64,000 bases of DNA from the human T2T-CHM13v2.0 reference genome, Homo sapiens, in the NCBI RefSeq assembly GCF_009914755.1, contig NC_060936.1. One strand, 5' to 3'. Shown here in pieces: positions 1-17,709 of the stretch. The position numbers were made by a program, and so were the translations under genes. Numbering within the stretch: the first letter of the stretch is position 1; each line of letters begins with the position of its first letter. The notes under the pieces were generated by a model, which worked only from the letters and a program-made list of their open reading frames with translations, was not told the DNA's origin and searched no databases.

Positions 1-260
1 ACAGCTGCTTATGCATGTATGGTTGCTGTAATGAGCTCTTAATGGACAGAGTGGAATTCAGGAGAAGAAGGTGAATACTGAGAGTTTTACGTTCTATTAA
101 TATGTTGAGTTTTTTGCAAGATCATGTACCACTTTTATATAAATATTTTAGAGGAAAACATTAGCAAATACTACCGCCTATGTTTGGGTCCCAAGAATAA
201 TCTTTTGAATGGCTCTGACCATTCTAGAAAGGACAGTATAAACTAACAGAAACAACTAAC

Positions 261-427
261 CTGGGTCCTCCCTGAAGGACCATCGTCACTGGACCCACAA
301 GATGCGTCACTCCCCCGACTCGTACGGCAGCTGTCAGCAATTCCCGCATGTGCACCAGTGCCTGCTTGCGAGTGTTTCCCCGCCGCCACCTTGTCTGTGC
401 AGCCAAAAGGAAACTGCTGCTGGACAC
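261..427 (-). CDS. HECTD4: HECTD4 coding exon, most 3' found in window (VSSSSFLLAAQTRWRRGNTRKQALVHMRELLTAAVRVGGVTHLVGPVTMVLQGGP)
   Basis: tttcag|GTG ... AG|gttagt, 167 nt, phase 0/2; the gene continues below position 1. Confidence 0.88.
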
Positions 428-527
428 CTGAAACACACAAGGAGGGACACCTGACTCCTGCTAACTGCCGCAAGACCCCGCATGCTGTTAGGTGCTATTC
501 ATCTGGAGCCCGCAAAATGTGACGTAC

Positions 528-669
528 AGCTTGGTCAGGGTTGGTGCCGATGAAAGCAAACAGCTGCCCTAGCAGGACACTGTAGGTGGGCTTGTCCCTG
601 CTGTCCTCAATGGCCAGCGACTGCAGGAGTGTAAAGGAGCTGCTGCGGTGGCTGGTCACGTGGCGACGC
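528..669 (-). CDS. HECTD4: HECTD4 coding exon (RRHVTSHRSSSFTLLQSLAIEDSRDKPTYSVLLGQLFAFIGTNPDQA)
   Basis: ccgtag|G ... GCT|gtacgt, 142 nt, phase 2/0; followed by a 100-nt intron. Confidence 0.85.
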
Positions 670-781
670 CTACGGGGAACACAGAACAGACTGGCAAGAC
701 GAGAAACACACTCAGGGAGCTTGTTTTGATGAATGCATTCAGCTGCATGTGGGAACCCAACCCCGGCCATTAGCCATTTAC

Positions 782-917
782 CTCTGATTTGCTCTAGTAA
801 ATTCCAAATCTTCATTACCAATCATTTCCAGGTCAGAAGGAGCTGACATGCTGCGAAGAAAAACAGGCTGCCTGACAGCGTGAGATATCACTTTTGTTTC
901 AGAAGCTGATTTACAAG
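782..917 (-). CDS. HECTD4: HECTD4 coding exon (CKSASETKVISHAVRQPVFLRSMSAPSDLEMIGNEDLEFTRANQ)
   Basis: ttctag|CT ... AG|gtaaat, 136 nt, phase 1/2. Confidence 0.9.
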
Positions 918-1217
918 CTAGAAAAAAAAGGAATAAAAAGGCTGACATTTCTGCTATCTGTACAACAGCCAAATGCAACACAGAACTACCCAACAGTCTA
1001 AGTGTATCTTTGCTTTCTATCACAGTTCAGCCACCAATCTAGCTAGCACAGCATACTGATGGTTTTTACATCAATTTTTTAACCTAAGTATTAGGTTAAA
1101 AATTATTTTAACTTAAAAAAATTAAAATCTTTTTATTAAATTGGTTTTCCAAAGAAAAGCTGAAAAATTCATTGAATTTCATAGCTATCCATGTTCACTT
1201 TAATGTAAGCATTCTAA

Positions 1218-3565
<2,348 letters not shown>

Positions 3566-3808
3566 AACAAGAAGTTGACCGCAGGAATTTAATGACATAC
3601 AAGTATTTCTTTGTTTTTCTTTTGTCACTCAAGTGCTTTGTACAGAAAGTATAAGGCAAAATTAAATATGTTAAAATTTCCTTTTGTTTTCCTTTCTCAG
3701 AGTACCCAAGAGTGAATTTTTCAAAATATAGCTGTGTGTCTTATATGAACAGAGTATATTCTCTGTTCATATAACAGAAGCCGATTAGGGGCTATCTTTG
3801 AGCAGTAC

Positions 3809-3984
3809 CTGGTGTTTCAGCAGGGGTCCCAGAGATGCTTCTCGTGAGGCCCGACTGGGCTGCGATGGTGACATGCAGCAACAGCTCGGCTCGGTTCATT
3901 AAACTCTTCACTAACGTCTTTGTTTTAGCCAGTGGGTGTGAGGGTTTCTGAATAAGAGAATTCACTTCTTGTAGGAACTTCTCC
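3809..3984 (-). CDS. HECTD4: HECTD4 coding exon (EKFLQEVNSLIQKPSHPLAKTKTLVKSLMNRAELLLHVTIAAQSGLTRSISGTPAETP)
   Basis: ttatag|G ... CCAG|gtactg, 176 nt, phase 2/1. Confidence 0.9.
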
Positions 3985-4369
3985 CTATAAAGAAAGACTG
4001 ATGTGCATTGAGTTGTTCTCTAGCTTATCAAAAACAACTATTAAAAAAAAATGTTTACAAAGAATAAGAGAAGACACAGGGGAAACTAAGCAAAAGTAAC
4101 CTAATCAACATTGCTTACTTCCCTGTTTCCTCATCCAAGTAACACTGTTAGAAACTCTGGCCACTTCTGGCTCCTTTTTCTGTTTCAAATGCCTATGCTA
4201 ACTTTGGAAGGCTAAAACCAAAATTTCCAATTTACCAAATGAGTTCCAACTCTAAAATATTTAGTAAATTCACAACATTTAAAAATATATCTATTAAGAG
4301 ACTAGACCTTTACAGTGTGTTTTGAGCATCAAGGTGATAATAGCCTTAATAGTTATTAATACGACTAAC

Positions 4370-4458
4370 CTCAGTGATAGGACCATGTTTTCAAGATCAT
4401 TCCCATCAAAGGAGACTTCCTTCATTGAACATAAAAGTTCTAGTTCTTTCATTTTGTT
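4370..4458 (-). CDS. HECTD4: HECTD4 coding exon (NKMKELELLCSMKEVSFDGNDLENMVLSL)
   Basis: ctttag|AAC ... AG|gttagt, 89 nt, phase 0/2. Confidence 0.9.
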
Positions 4459-4883
4459 CTAAAGAAAAAAAAGATGGTATGCAGAATCTGCAAGAACCAA
4501 GTTTTACTATACATATATTAAAATGAACAGAAAATTTCAGAGAAAAACCACCACCTTTGGTCCACATTTCTATGCTTGAAACTCATTTGTAAGTTATTAT
4601 TTGATATTTTAATGATTAAAAATGGCATTGACTACTTTCTGGGAATTCTTTCAGGGCTTATAATTTTGCCTATTTTTTGTTTTTTAAGGCTTGAAAGCAA
4701 AATTTGACCATGATGACAACTTCTTTATATATCTTTATAAAACTATTAATCAGTTAAAAAAACAACCTAATGAGTAATTATTTGTATACTGCATGTTGAT
4801 CTAATCAATTTTCATTTAACCTCTTTTAAAGAATGGGTACATTTTTGGAGTGTGCAACATTTTAGGAAATGACATTATTTTAC

Positions 4884-4885
<2 letters not shown>

Positions 4886-4913
<28 letters not shown>
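4886..4913. repeat. (CA)n microsatellite
   Basis: Direct inspection. Confidence 0.95.
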
Positions 4914-4918
<5 letters not shown>

Positions 4919-4974
4919 ATACCTTTGCTCTCTAAATGGCAATACCCCAGTGACAAATCATACAATTTGCTCAC

Positions 4975-5079
4975 CTCATTAAAATGGTAATCATAAAAGA
5001 AAGGCATGTTGTTCTCCAGTTTCCCCTGCATGGCATCATCAACTTCACTTTGCCATTTTTGTTCCAGTTCTGCAACACT
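4975..5079 (-). CDS. HECTD4: HECTD4 coding exon (SVAELEQKWQSEVDDAMQGKLENNMPFFYDYHFNE)
   Basis: tattag|AGT ... GAG|gtgagc, 105 nt, phase 0/0. Confidence 0.9.
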
Positions 5080-5227
5080 CTAATAAATACATTAAAATAG
5101 ATGCAAAATAAAAACAAGTATGATTCAAAATTTTAGTCACAATAGTAATTTTAAAAATTAGATCACATTCTAAATTTCTTTAAATTTCCATAAAAGAAAT
5201 TGTTTCCAACAGTTATCAGACATTTAC

Positions 5228-5420
5228 CTGCAGCTGTCTCTCCATGGCATTGAGTTTCTTAAAGGTCTCTCCCATAATTTTACATAATAAATCATATTCT
5301 TCAGCATGTTCTTCTTGATATTGGAAATTTATTAGAGACTGCAGTGCATCAACCAAGTTCAAGTGCTTAATAACACAAGATACCACCATTTCCTCCATCA
5401 CGTCTGGCTGAATCACTTCT
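5228..5420 (-). CDS. HECTD4: HECTD4 coding exon (EVIQPDVMEEMVVSCVIKHLNLVDALQSL...KLNAMERQLQ)
   Basis: tcacag|A ... CAG|gtaaat, 193 nt, phase 2/0. Confidence 0.9.
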
Positions 5421-5489
5421 CTGTGATCACAATGGAAATCAGTCAGATATATGCCATGCTCTCAGCTTCTCAATACTGTATTTTATTTT

Positions 5490-6280
<791 letters not shown>

Positions 6281-6714
6281 ACTTCATTTTCTATGATTGC
6301 TACATTTTGAGTTAGAGACATATTAGAGCTGGAAGAGGGCTAAGGCTAAGAAAAGATCTTCAGCAGCATCTATCCACTAATTAATTTTATGCGGTATTAT
6401 GGCCTGCAGTGTTCAGTACATATGGATGTTGGGCTAAAAACGATAGTGTTTTCTGTATTTTTTTCATTTTAAATTTCATATATTCTCTAAAGTTTTCTCT
6501 CTGAAAACCTGCCTCAGGAGGCAGAGCAGAGGCCTGCAAAACAGACTTGACTTTAAGCAAGAATACCACAGACATTTGTAACTGTATGTACATTCTACAT
6601 TAGAGAACTCCTCACCATTTCTCTAGGCATCAAAAATAAACACATGTCTCTAGACTCTGGAAAGTAAAGTAGAGGCTGACTGCTAGTAGAAGGTCAAAAT
6701 ACTAGAGATAAACC

Positions 6715-6885
6715 TAGCACTTGTCACACTTTAGCATGCATCAGTCAAATGGGAAACTTGTTAAGCTGCGCCCCATCCTCAGACCTTCTGATTCAATAGG
6801 TGCAAAATGGGGTCCAAGAACCAACAAGTTCCCAAGTGATGCCAATGCTGCTGACTGGTGGGCCAAATTTTGAGAGCCCCTAGTC
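6715..6885. mobile_element. MER5A-like hAT DNA transposon remnant
   Basis: gcatcag...cttgttaa...ctgattca.taggt...aacaagttccca.gtgatgc..atgctgctg pattern recalled from MER5A. Confidence 0.65.
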
Positions 6886-7051
6886 TGGAATACTGCCTGG
6901 TGGGCCCTCTAGACTCAGTTAATTTTAACATTCATGGAGTAAACATAAAATTAAAGTTTCATTTACTAGACCACAGAAGAAATATACCCATTTCAATTGT
7001 TTAAACTTTTTTTTCCCATTGGGAAAAGTAAAACACTACACAGCAACATAC

Positions 7052-7285
7052 TTTATACTTGGTCTAAATTGAGGTCTAGCACGCCCAGAAATTTCCCTGA
7101 GCTTTATCATGATTCCTGGAGGCAGTCTGATCCGAGGCAGATCAAAGTAGTTTCCAACAGGAGGCACGAGGACATCAGAGGGGTAGGTGAATTCTCTGTC
7201 TTCCTCTATGGTCAGAGGCAGTGGAGAGGGGCTCGGAGTAAGGGCAGGGGAGATCACGCCATTGGCCTCCACCTGCCACTGGCAC
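7052..7285 (-). CDS. HECTD4: HECTD4 coding exon (CQWQVEANGVISPALTPSPSPLPLTIEEDREFTYPSD...RARPQFRPSI)
   Basis: gctcag|G ... AA|gtatgt, 234 nt, phase 2/2. Confidence 0.9.
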
Positions 7286-7878
7286 CTGAGCAGACAGAAA
7301 AGAGGCTCTTCACTTCCTCTCTCAACAAGAGTATTGGAAAGCTATTGGATGTTTGCAGATACATCAAACATATGAAGGATCACATTCTGTGTTAAGTAAT
7401 TACTCATCAAACCTTCTCCAGAAGCTAAAGACAAGTGAGCATTGTATGAAAGCCCATCTTTGGGGATCTAGCTCCCCCCCAATATTTAATCATTAAAACT
7501 TTTAAATGTACAGAAAAGCTGAAAGAATGACATGGTTAATATCCACAGACACACTTGTCTAGATTGTACAATAAACATTTGCTGTGTTTGCTTTATCACA
7601 CATCCACCCATCCTCTTGGGATCATTCAATTTAATTAGACAATAATTGTGTTGGAGAAAAGCTTATGCAGTTCAAAGATGTAATTTTAAATTTAGTAAAG
7701 TAAGGGCCAGAAAGCACTATGGTGTAATTTTCATCTTATTTTTCTTAGACACAATGACACCCATGAGATTGCCAGGCAGTAGGCACAATCACCTGGGAAA
7801 TGTACCAAAAGGATTTTTCCACATAAAGTCCTTTTTCCTTTGCAGGCAACACTAGCTCAATTTCAACCTTTTTGTTAC

Positions 7879-8042
7879 CTTTGTAAAAGTTTGGACCGCA
7901 ATAGCTCCTGACAGGCTTCTTCTTCTTTGGTAATTTCTGGTCCATTGTACAGGATTCTTAACATGGAACAAGCTAACACAGACAGACCTAAAGCCAGGTC
8001 TACCAGAAAGGGCAAGCCTCCTGAGACATCCTCCGAAGACTC
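7879..8042 (-). CDS. HECTD4: HECTD4 coding exon (ESSEDVSGGLPFLVDLALGLSVLACSMLRILYNGPEITKEEEACQELLRSKLLQ)
   Basis: ttgtag|GAG ... AG|gtaaca, 164 nt, phase 0/2; this frame is not shown in the ORF track. Confidence 0.9.
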
Positions 8043-8689
8043 CTACAATGCAGACAGGGGTAAACCACACTGGTCAGTGTACACTGGCAGAGGCTGCTAC
8101 CTGTGCTGCCCCACACTGCACTGTCCCCAACCACAGGGTTCTACAGAGCAGCATCGAGTATCACTGCTAGGGGACACAGGTACAGCACCCAAATCATGAC
8201 TAGATGGTGGCACTGGAATGACCAGAGTGAAGTCTCAACACATTTCTGGAGAGAAAATAGTTGATCAGACCCCATATACAATAGTACAAATCAAATAAAT
8301 AGTACAAATGAAATAAAGAAGCCTGATTCTTTGATAGCTTCCTCTCTGTTGTGCCCACCTAAGTATAAATCACTATTTTGTTTTTTCACTTCCACCCTGT
8401 GCTCAAACTGTGATGTTGTCAATGACTGCAGTGAATTCATTCAAGAAATATTTACTGGGTGTCCTCTGTGTGCCAGCCATTGTTCTAGGTGCCTGAGATA
8501 CATCAGAGAATGAAATGAAGATCCCTGCTCTCACGGAGCTTACATTCTAGCAGTTAATGCCACTCTGGAGAGTCTTAGCTTGGTTAAGCTTAAGAAACCT
8601 CAAAGTCTAAAATACGTTTTCGGAATCAGGCAACTGGAGGGGTAAGTAGGATGCTTAAGTACTCTGTTTTTTGTTTGTTTGTTTGTTTT

Positions 8690-10332
<1,643 letters not shown>

Positions 10333-10950
10333 ATAATTTCTAACAAATGGCTTGCCATCTATGGCTGAATTAAAGAGAGTCCATAACATATATGAAATAA
10401 AGGCCCCGGGAACAGACTTTGGAGACATTTTTGGGTTTTAACAGACATTTCAGTCTTATATTCATATTCCAGGCAGATACACAGTTAAGTAGTTTGAGGG
10501 CCAAATTACAAAGCATGGCACTAATTTCATCAGTTTGAGAATGGATAATTGTTTTTGCTCCAAAGGCCCAAATTCATCTGAACACATTAACTCAATACTT
10601 TTACACTGCAATGGCCTTGTGGTTCTAGGGTACTTGTCAACAGGGAGTGTAGAGGAGAACTAAGCTGGAAGATCTAGCAACCCTTTTAATCAACAAGGAA
10701 GAAAATGCTGTGACAACTTCTATGCATGGAGTAACTTGTGAAAGGGAGTGAACAGGGGTCTGATGTCCTACAAGTGAAAGGAGGGTCATTCTGAATAGAA
10801 GGAGTGAGCTGACAGGCCTGGTAAGGTGGCTCCACCTCAACAAAAGCCCCCAGGGCAAATGTTTTTCTGGGATTACAGTTAGTACTTGGACCTGTGAGGA
10901 CTGCAAGTTCATTTTCTTTTCTAGGAAGCGATTATGACTGAATACCATAC

Positions 10951-11070
10951 CTTCACCAAGTCTTTCGGCCAACCAGTTCCTAAGACACTACGGCTGCCAT
11001 ATCCCAGTGTGTTGCCTCCATATTCAGCAACCTTCCTACTGTTTGTGTTAGGCCCCGCATATATCACCAA
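10951..11070 (-). CDS. HECTD4: HECTD4 coding exon (LVIYAGPNTNSRKVAEYGGNTLGYGSRSVLGTGWPKDLVK)
   Basis: ttgaag|TTG ... AAG|gtatgg, 120 nt, phase 0/0. Confidence 0.88.
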
Positions 11071-13227
11071 CTTCAAAACAGAAAATATACTGTTAGACTG
11101 TAAAAGAAAAACAAAAACAACATCTACAAATAAAAAGGCTGCAAAAACATTTGTTTAAAATACAATTATAACCAGGCATTGGTGTCATTATAGTATAACT
11201 AATATTTCCCGATTTTTTTAGGTATAACTGATACTAGTTTGGATGCAATCAGTCATTGGTATTTACAGGGAAGCCACAGAGTAATAACAATTCTTAATAA
11301 AAAGAAGTATACTTTTTATATTACCACACTTTAATTGGCTTGGGGACCTCACATTAAATAGTTATACTCAGTTATTGTACATCAATATTTTTGAAATAGC
11401 TATTTTAATGCTAATTAATAACAAATAACTCATTAATAACAGTTTGGCCCCTTAAGTCCTCCCCAAAATTAATAAAGTGAGCAAATACAGATGGAAATAT
11501 GGTTATATCTAACACAACAACAAAATAAAAGCACCAAAAAAAATCAATGAATAAATAAGAATTTTTAAAAATGCAACAAATTGAAAATAAGCCATATATT
11601 CTTAGGATGTTGCTTAATGGTATAAAAAGAAAATGATACAAATTTGGGCCAGAAAGGGGGCTGCTGCTTCTTGGGTCAGTTTTCATGTATCAATATTTCT
11701 CTAATTCATTTATAACCAGCTGGCTGACTTTCTAATCGGCAGAAGAAACATTTATAGCTCATTTGGCATTCAAAGACTTCCATAGGAAAAATAAAGCTCT
11801 GGCTTCTGTAAATACCAAACCCTGTCTTCTAATGTGCGCTCTGACTGCTTCTCACTGCATCTAAGTTCAGATTTAGTAGCTCTATCTTCAGCCCTGAATG
11901 CTTATTATTTCGTGATTTCTTACCCTTTGGGGCCTTTTGCTGACACCAGCCAGGGACCACTGGAAAAGTAAATGTACTTTTATCCATGTAGTAAGCCTCT
12001 TTGTGCTTCACCATTTAACACTAATGTCTACTGCAGGCATAAGTTAGCGCATATTGGAAATGCAAAATACAGTTTTTAAAGGAGAAACAAAACGACACCA
12101 ACTAAAATGGCAGCCTCTCCCATTTCTATATTAAAAGTCACTTCACCTGAACCTGGGAAATGGGGGTAGCCAATGCCAGGAGCTATGAATTACGGTGGAC
12201 TGATGCTAGGAGAGATATGTTTCTGAAAGGCCTACTAAAGATCATCTCATATATTTTCTTGCTTCCAGCTAAGGTGAGTTTTGAAGACAAGGCTTTGGGG
12301 ACACCTGGGAATCTTCACTATCCTAAAAGATAATGGGGAAGAGGATTCTATAACTTGCCCAGAAATGTGTTTCACCATCTCATAGTATATACAGTTAAGA
12401 AGTCCTTTATTTTTAACCTAAAAACCTCCCCGGATAGAATTTTTTTAAAAGTCAGCCTCAGAAGTCAGAATCCCCTGCTAGGATTTAAGCCCATTTGCCC
12501 TCACACAGTTCACAGGGGAGAGAGAAAACAGATCACTAAGAAGCTACATAAAAATAGTATGCACGAAGCTATTAGATAATCCTCCAACTGTTCTTTCATA
12601 TGTTACATATTTCATTAGCCTTTCCCCCTAAGACCACATGACAGGTTACAATTCAACAATTCTAAGTAGAAGAAAATGCTTCAACCCCTAAGATGCTTCC
12701 TTTCGTTCATAACTGTTAAGCCACCAGGTTGGAAACTACTCTTCCTCAAAAAAAGAACAAATGTTTAAATAAATATAAACCAGATCCTAGCACCTCTGAA
12801 ACCCTTCTAAAAAGCCACCTTTTCCCAAAAGATACATGAGAAGCCCCAAGAATTGGGCAGTGAGACCTTTCTAGATGAATGGACATCACACATCTGGGGT
12901 AACTTCAAGCACGGAGGGAGGGCAGGGGGTAAGCAGAATGAAAAGGAACATTTCCTTCCTCTCATATATCTAAGCACCTGAAAGCTTACAAAGTACACTT
13001 TCAACATATCATTAAAACATTGTTCTTAGACTGCAGAGGTGGTGTTTCTTTAACTCCCTCAATCACTACCCTTCAAAGATAAGAACTTTATCTTAGGAAA
13101 GTTCTCCTTAGAGATATCTGCAGACAGAAATCAGTCAAGAATGGTGACCAGCAGCAAAGAAAAATAAGAAGCATCTAAGAATCAGCTTACTCGAGGTGGA
13201 ACCAATAGTAACCCAGTTCTTACTTAC

Positions 13228-13426
13228 TTTGTCATAGTCATATTGCGAAGAGCATCTGCTATCAAATCTAAGGTACAGGCAGCGAGCTCCTGGGATATGG
13301 ACCGTTTCTTTAAATTTATAGTTGTCTCTGACGGGGTGGACTGTTTCCACAGTCTTTCCAGCAGCCCATGGGGCAGGAATCTTTAAACCAGTGAGAAATC
13401 CTGGCTCTTCCTTCTCTTCTAACATT
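13228..13426 (-). CDS. HECTD4: HECTD4 coding exon (MLEEKEEPGFLTGLKIPAPWAAGKTVETVHPVRDNYKFKETVHIPGARCLYLRFDSRCSSQYDYDK)
   Basis: gtttag|A ... AAA|gtaagt, 199 nt, phase 2/0. Confidence 0.92.
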
Positions 13427-14084
13427 CTAAACAGAAAAAGAGAAAGTGATTTAGCTTAGCAGCCAAGGAAAGGAAAAACAATGTAAACATTAAATTGCTC
13501 TTTAATTTTCCACAGCATGCAGTATGATAACACTGAGGCTTTTAAATGCTTGATATCAGTGGCAATCAGAAACATTTTAAAAATTCCTACATTTAAGGGT
13601 TTTTTCTTTCCTTGTTGTCAGATATTATACTTGCTTTTTTTTTTCTTTTTTGCCTTTTTCCAGGACAAGAAGCAGAGATATATTTTCATTTTTCCCTCTT
13701 TTTTTCAAGGGCGAAGCCCAGTTGATATCCAAGAGAAGACCTGATCAATTCTCATTTAAAGGTACTCAGAAAAAAAAAAAAGATACTGTAAAGGATCTTT
13801 AAGATTGGCCACTTTGCAAATCCCACAGGGTTAGCATCCTGTAAACATTTCCTTTTGTTGATATCTACATGACAATTGTTGAAAACTCCAGGAGTCTACA
13901 TAGCTACTTTTCACCATAATTTTTACTAAAGAAAGGTGCCTTCAAAGGTTCTCTTACCTACTGTAATTGAACTCTCAAGGACGACATGGAGCCTGAGGTT
14001 GTGGAATACAAACTCCTAAGACTTAAACTTAGTTACCATGGAATTCTCTTATTCTTTCAACTCCGAAGCTTGAGCTGCAAAGCC

Positions 14085-14285
14085 TTACTGTCCAATATGG
14101 TAGCTACTAGTCACATGTGGCCATTTCAATTAAATTGAATTTAAATGAAATAAAATTTAAAATTCAGCTCCTCAGTCACATTAGCTATATTGCAGGTGCT
14201 AAATAACTACCTGTGGCTATGGAACTAGACAGCACAGATAGAAGTTTTCATCACTGCGAAAAGCTCAATTCCATAGCCTGCTGCT
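14085..14285. mobile_element. MER3/MER33-like hAT DNA transposon
   Basis: ctgtccaatatggtagctactagtcacatgtggc ... ctagacagcacagata. Confidence 0.7.
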
Positions 14286-14309
14286 CTAGAGAAACCCAGG
14301 AAATCTTTT

Positions 14310-15180
<871 letters not shown>

Positions 15181-15403
15181 GATCAATTTTGAACTAATCT
15201 CTTGATCCATGGGGAAATTTATGCTAACCAGTTGCTATAAATCTACAAAGCAATGCTACAGTTATCTAAAATTTTCATTCTGAAGTCTTTTTCTTTTCAC
15301 AGCTAGATAATCCTTGCTAAAAATCATTTTCATAAAAGGAGTACTACGCTTTCACCCAAAGAAAACAAGAAAAGGGTTCCTGCAAGGAAGCAGCATTCAT
15401 TAC

Positions 15404-15504
15404 CTCTCATCAGGGAACAGCCTGCACTTCTGGTCTGGTGCACCACACGGGGAACAGCCCACCTCAGCAAAAACCGGACACTGGGTTTTAAGCAGCAACG
15501 CCGT
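15404..15504 (-). CDS. HECTD4: HECTD4 coding exon (TALLLKTQCPVFAEVGCSPCGAPDQKCRLFPDE)
   Basis: tttcag|ACG ... AG|gtaatg, 101 nt, phase 0/2. Confidence 0.9.
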
Positions 15505-16019
15505 CTGAAACACAAAACCATCATTATGTCTTCCAGGGCTACTGTCAGTTATCTGAATGGTATGACAGCCAAACTTAGAGGTCTCTCTTAAATCATCTTT
15601 TTACAATCCTAGTCTGCTCTCCTTCATTAAGAAATGCTGTGCTACTTAGACCACTTAACATTATTTTACTTAATGCTGTAATGGAATGCATCATTTATAT
15701 TAGCTACTATTAGCTGGCAAGGACTCAGGAGACAAACTATAATGGTAGGTTTTTGGTAGCATTGTATATTAGCATTTTTATAGCTGATCAGCCATGAACA
15801 CTTGCTAAAAGGTTGCAGTTAGTAATTTAGTCAAACAAATAAAATGTTTTCCCTTATTATTTATTTTTATGACATGATATTTTTCTTCATTCCATCATTA
15901 TTTCCCTTGGTTTCTGAAAGGCAGGATTATGTTTATTCTGTCTTCAGTGAAAGCAAACAGCCATCCTGTGAAGCAGGTTGGCCAAAAAGCAGTTCACTTT
16001 GGCACACCAAGGATCATAC

Positions 16020-16173
16020 CTGGCTGGTATAGAGTACCAGCTGCACTAGCTGAGGCATCAGGGCATCCGCCATGATCAGAGTCTGTAAATTTGGATGCAT
16101 CAAGGAGGTCAGTAACACTGGAAGAAGGTGACCAAGCATAGTAGCCTTAGTAACTTGTTCCAAGCCTTTTAAC
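16020..16173 (-). CDS. HECTD4: HECTD4 coding exon (LKGLEQVTKATMLGHLLPVLLTSLMHPNLQTLIMADALMPQLVQLVLYTSQ)
   Basis: ttgtag|G ... CAG|gtatga, 154 nt, phase 2/0. Confidence 0.9.
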
Positions 16174-16419
16174 CTACAAAAAGTTCAAGAAAAACACACA
16201 GCCTAAGCAATGCCCAAACATGTGAAGAAGCACTAATGTCATCTTTATCTGACAATTTCTCCTAAACTGCACCTCCTTAAACTACTTAAGCACTTTCAGC
16301 GATAGCAATTCAGTCCACAAATTTTCCACCTTCTGCCACTGAGGGAGAGGGGAAGAACAGAAATAAAGCTATTAATAGATTTCACCTTCAGTCTCTGATT
16401 TTTGCCAAAAAATTTATAA

Positions 16420-16596
<177 letters not shown>

Positions 16597-16854
16597 TAGG
16601 TTGCTACATGGTGCATTTCATAGCACCTTTGAAGCACTTTACAAATGGATTCTAAAATGCCAATGGCTACTACCTGTAAAGTTCTCTTGCCTCTGGGGCT
16701 GCTGGTCACTATGCTACACAGTGACTCTAAACAGGAGGAAGTGAATGGCTACAACATTGATTCACCTGCCCAGAGCTGTGACATCCATTACTGGTCTAGA
16801 GAAACTGAGGCTTGTCTGGGGCATGCAGAAGCAGGCAGATTTCTTCCCCCAATT

Positions 16855-17100
16855 TTTTTTTTTATTATGGTAAAATAAACATAGCACAAAATTTACCATC
16901 TTAACCATTTTAAGTGTACATTTCAGTGTTATTAAATAATGTTGTGCAACCATCACCACCATCCATCTCCACAACTCTTTTTGTGTTATAAAACCCAAAC
17001 TCTATGCGCATTAAACAATAACTCCTCATTTTCCCCTTGCCCCCAGCCCCCGGCAACCACCATTCTACTTTCTGTCTCTATGATTTTGACTCATCTAAGT
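16855..17100 (-). mobile_element. L1M 3' end fragment
   Basis: aaaatttaccatcttaaccattttaagtgtaca ... ggcaaccaccattctactttctgtctctatga. Confidence 0.8.
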
Positions 17101-17469
17101 AGGCAAATTTTTAATTTATCTTTAAAATCACATTCTTAATATCCCTGTCCTCTGCTAGAAGAGTTAAGGAATGTAGAAAGAAATGGATTATGTAAATTCC
17201 TTAAGGCTACTTAGGATATTGGTAGTGGAACCAGAAACCCAGGCTCTCCCATTAGACAGAACTACGTATTACTAAGCCTCAATGCAATGCCTATCTGGGT
17301 TATACTGTTCCCAATCCCAACCTCCTATCTACTCTCTGGGAGTGGGTAAGAACCAAGTCCATAGGAACAGACAGGGTTACGGAAGCAAAAATTACACTGT
17401 AGGATTCTTTTAGATCTACAGCTCCAACATGCAAATTGTCAAAAAACACAGTATTCAATGCATCTCTAA

Positions 17470-17709
<240 letters not shown>

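Noticed and set aside
243-473. 76-aa ORF (MRQLAG...), and likewise ORFs 7745-7945, 7852-8070 and 15330-15524
   Set aside because: Wrong frames over true exons; splice phase continuity selects a different frame.
6997-7395. 132-aa plus-strand ORF
   Set aside because: Antisense shadow of exon 7052-7285.
12147-12205. Possible 59-nt poison exon (ctcctag|CAT...CAG|gtgaag)
   Set aside because: Modest donor, frameshifting and no independent support; such pseudo-exons are common by chance.
13958-13992. Possible 35-nt exon with a strong donor (TAG|gtaaga)
   Set aside because: Poor polypyrimidine tract and frameshifting; cannot be supported from sequence alone.
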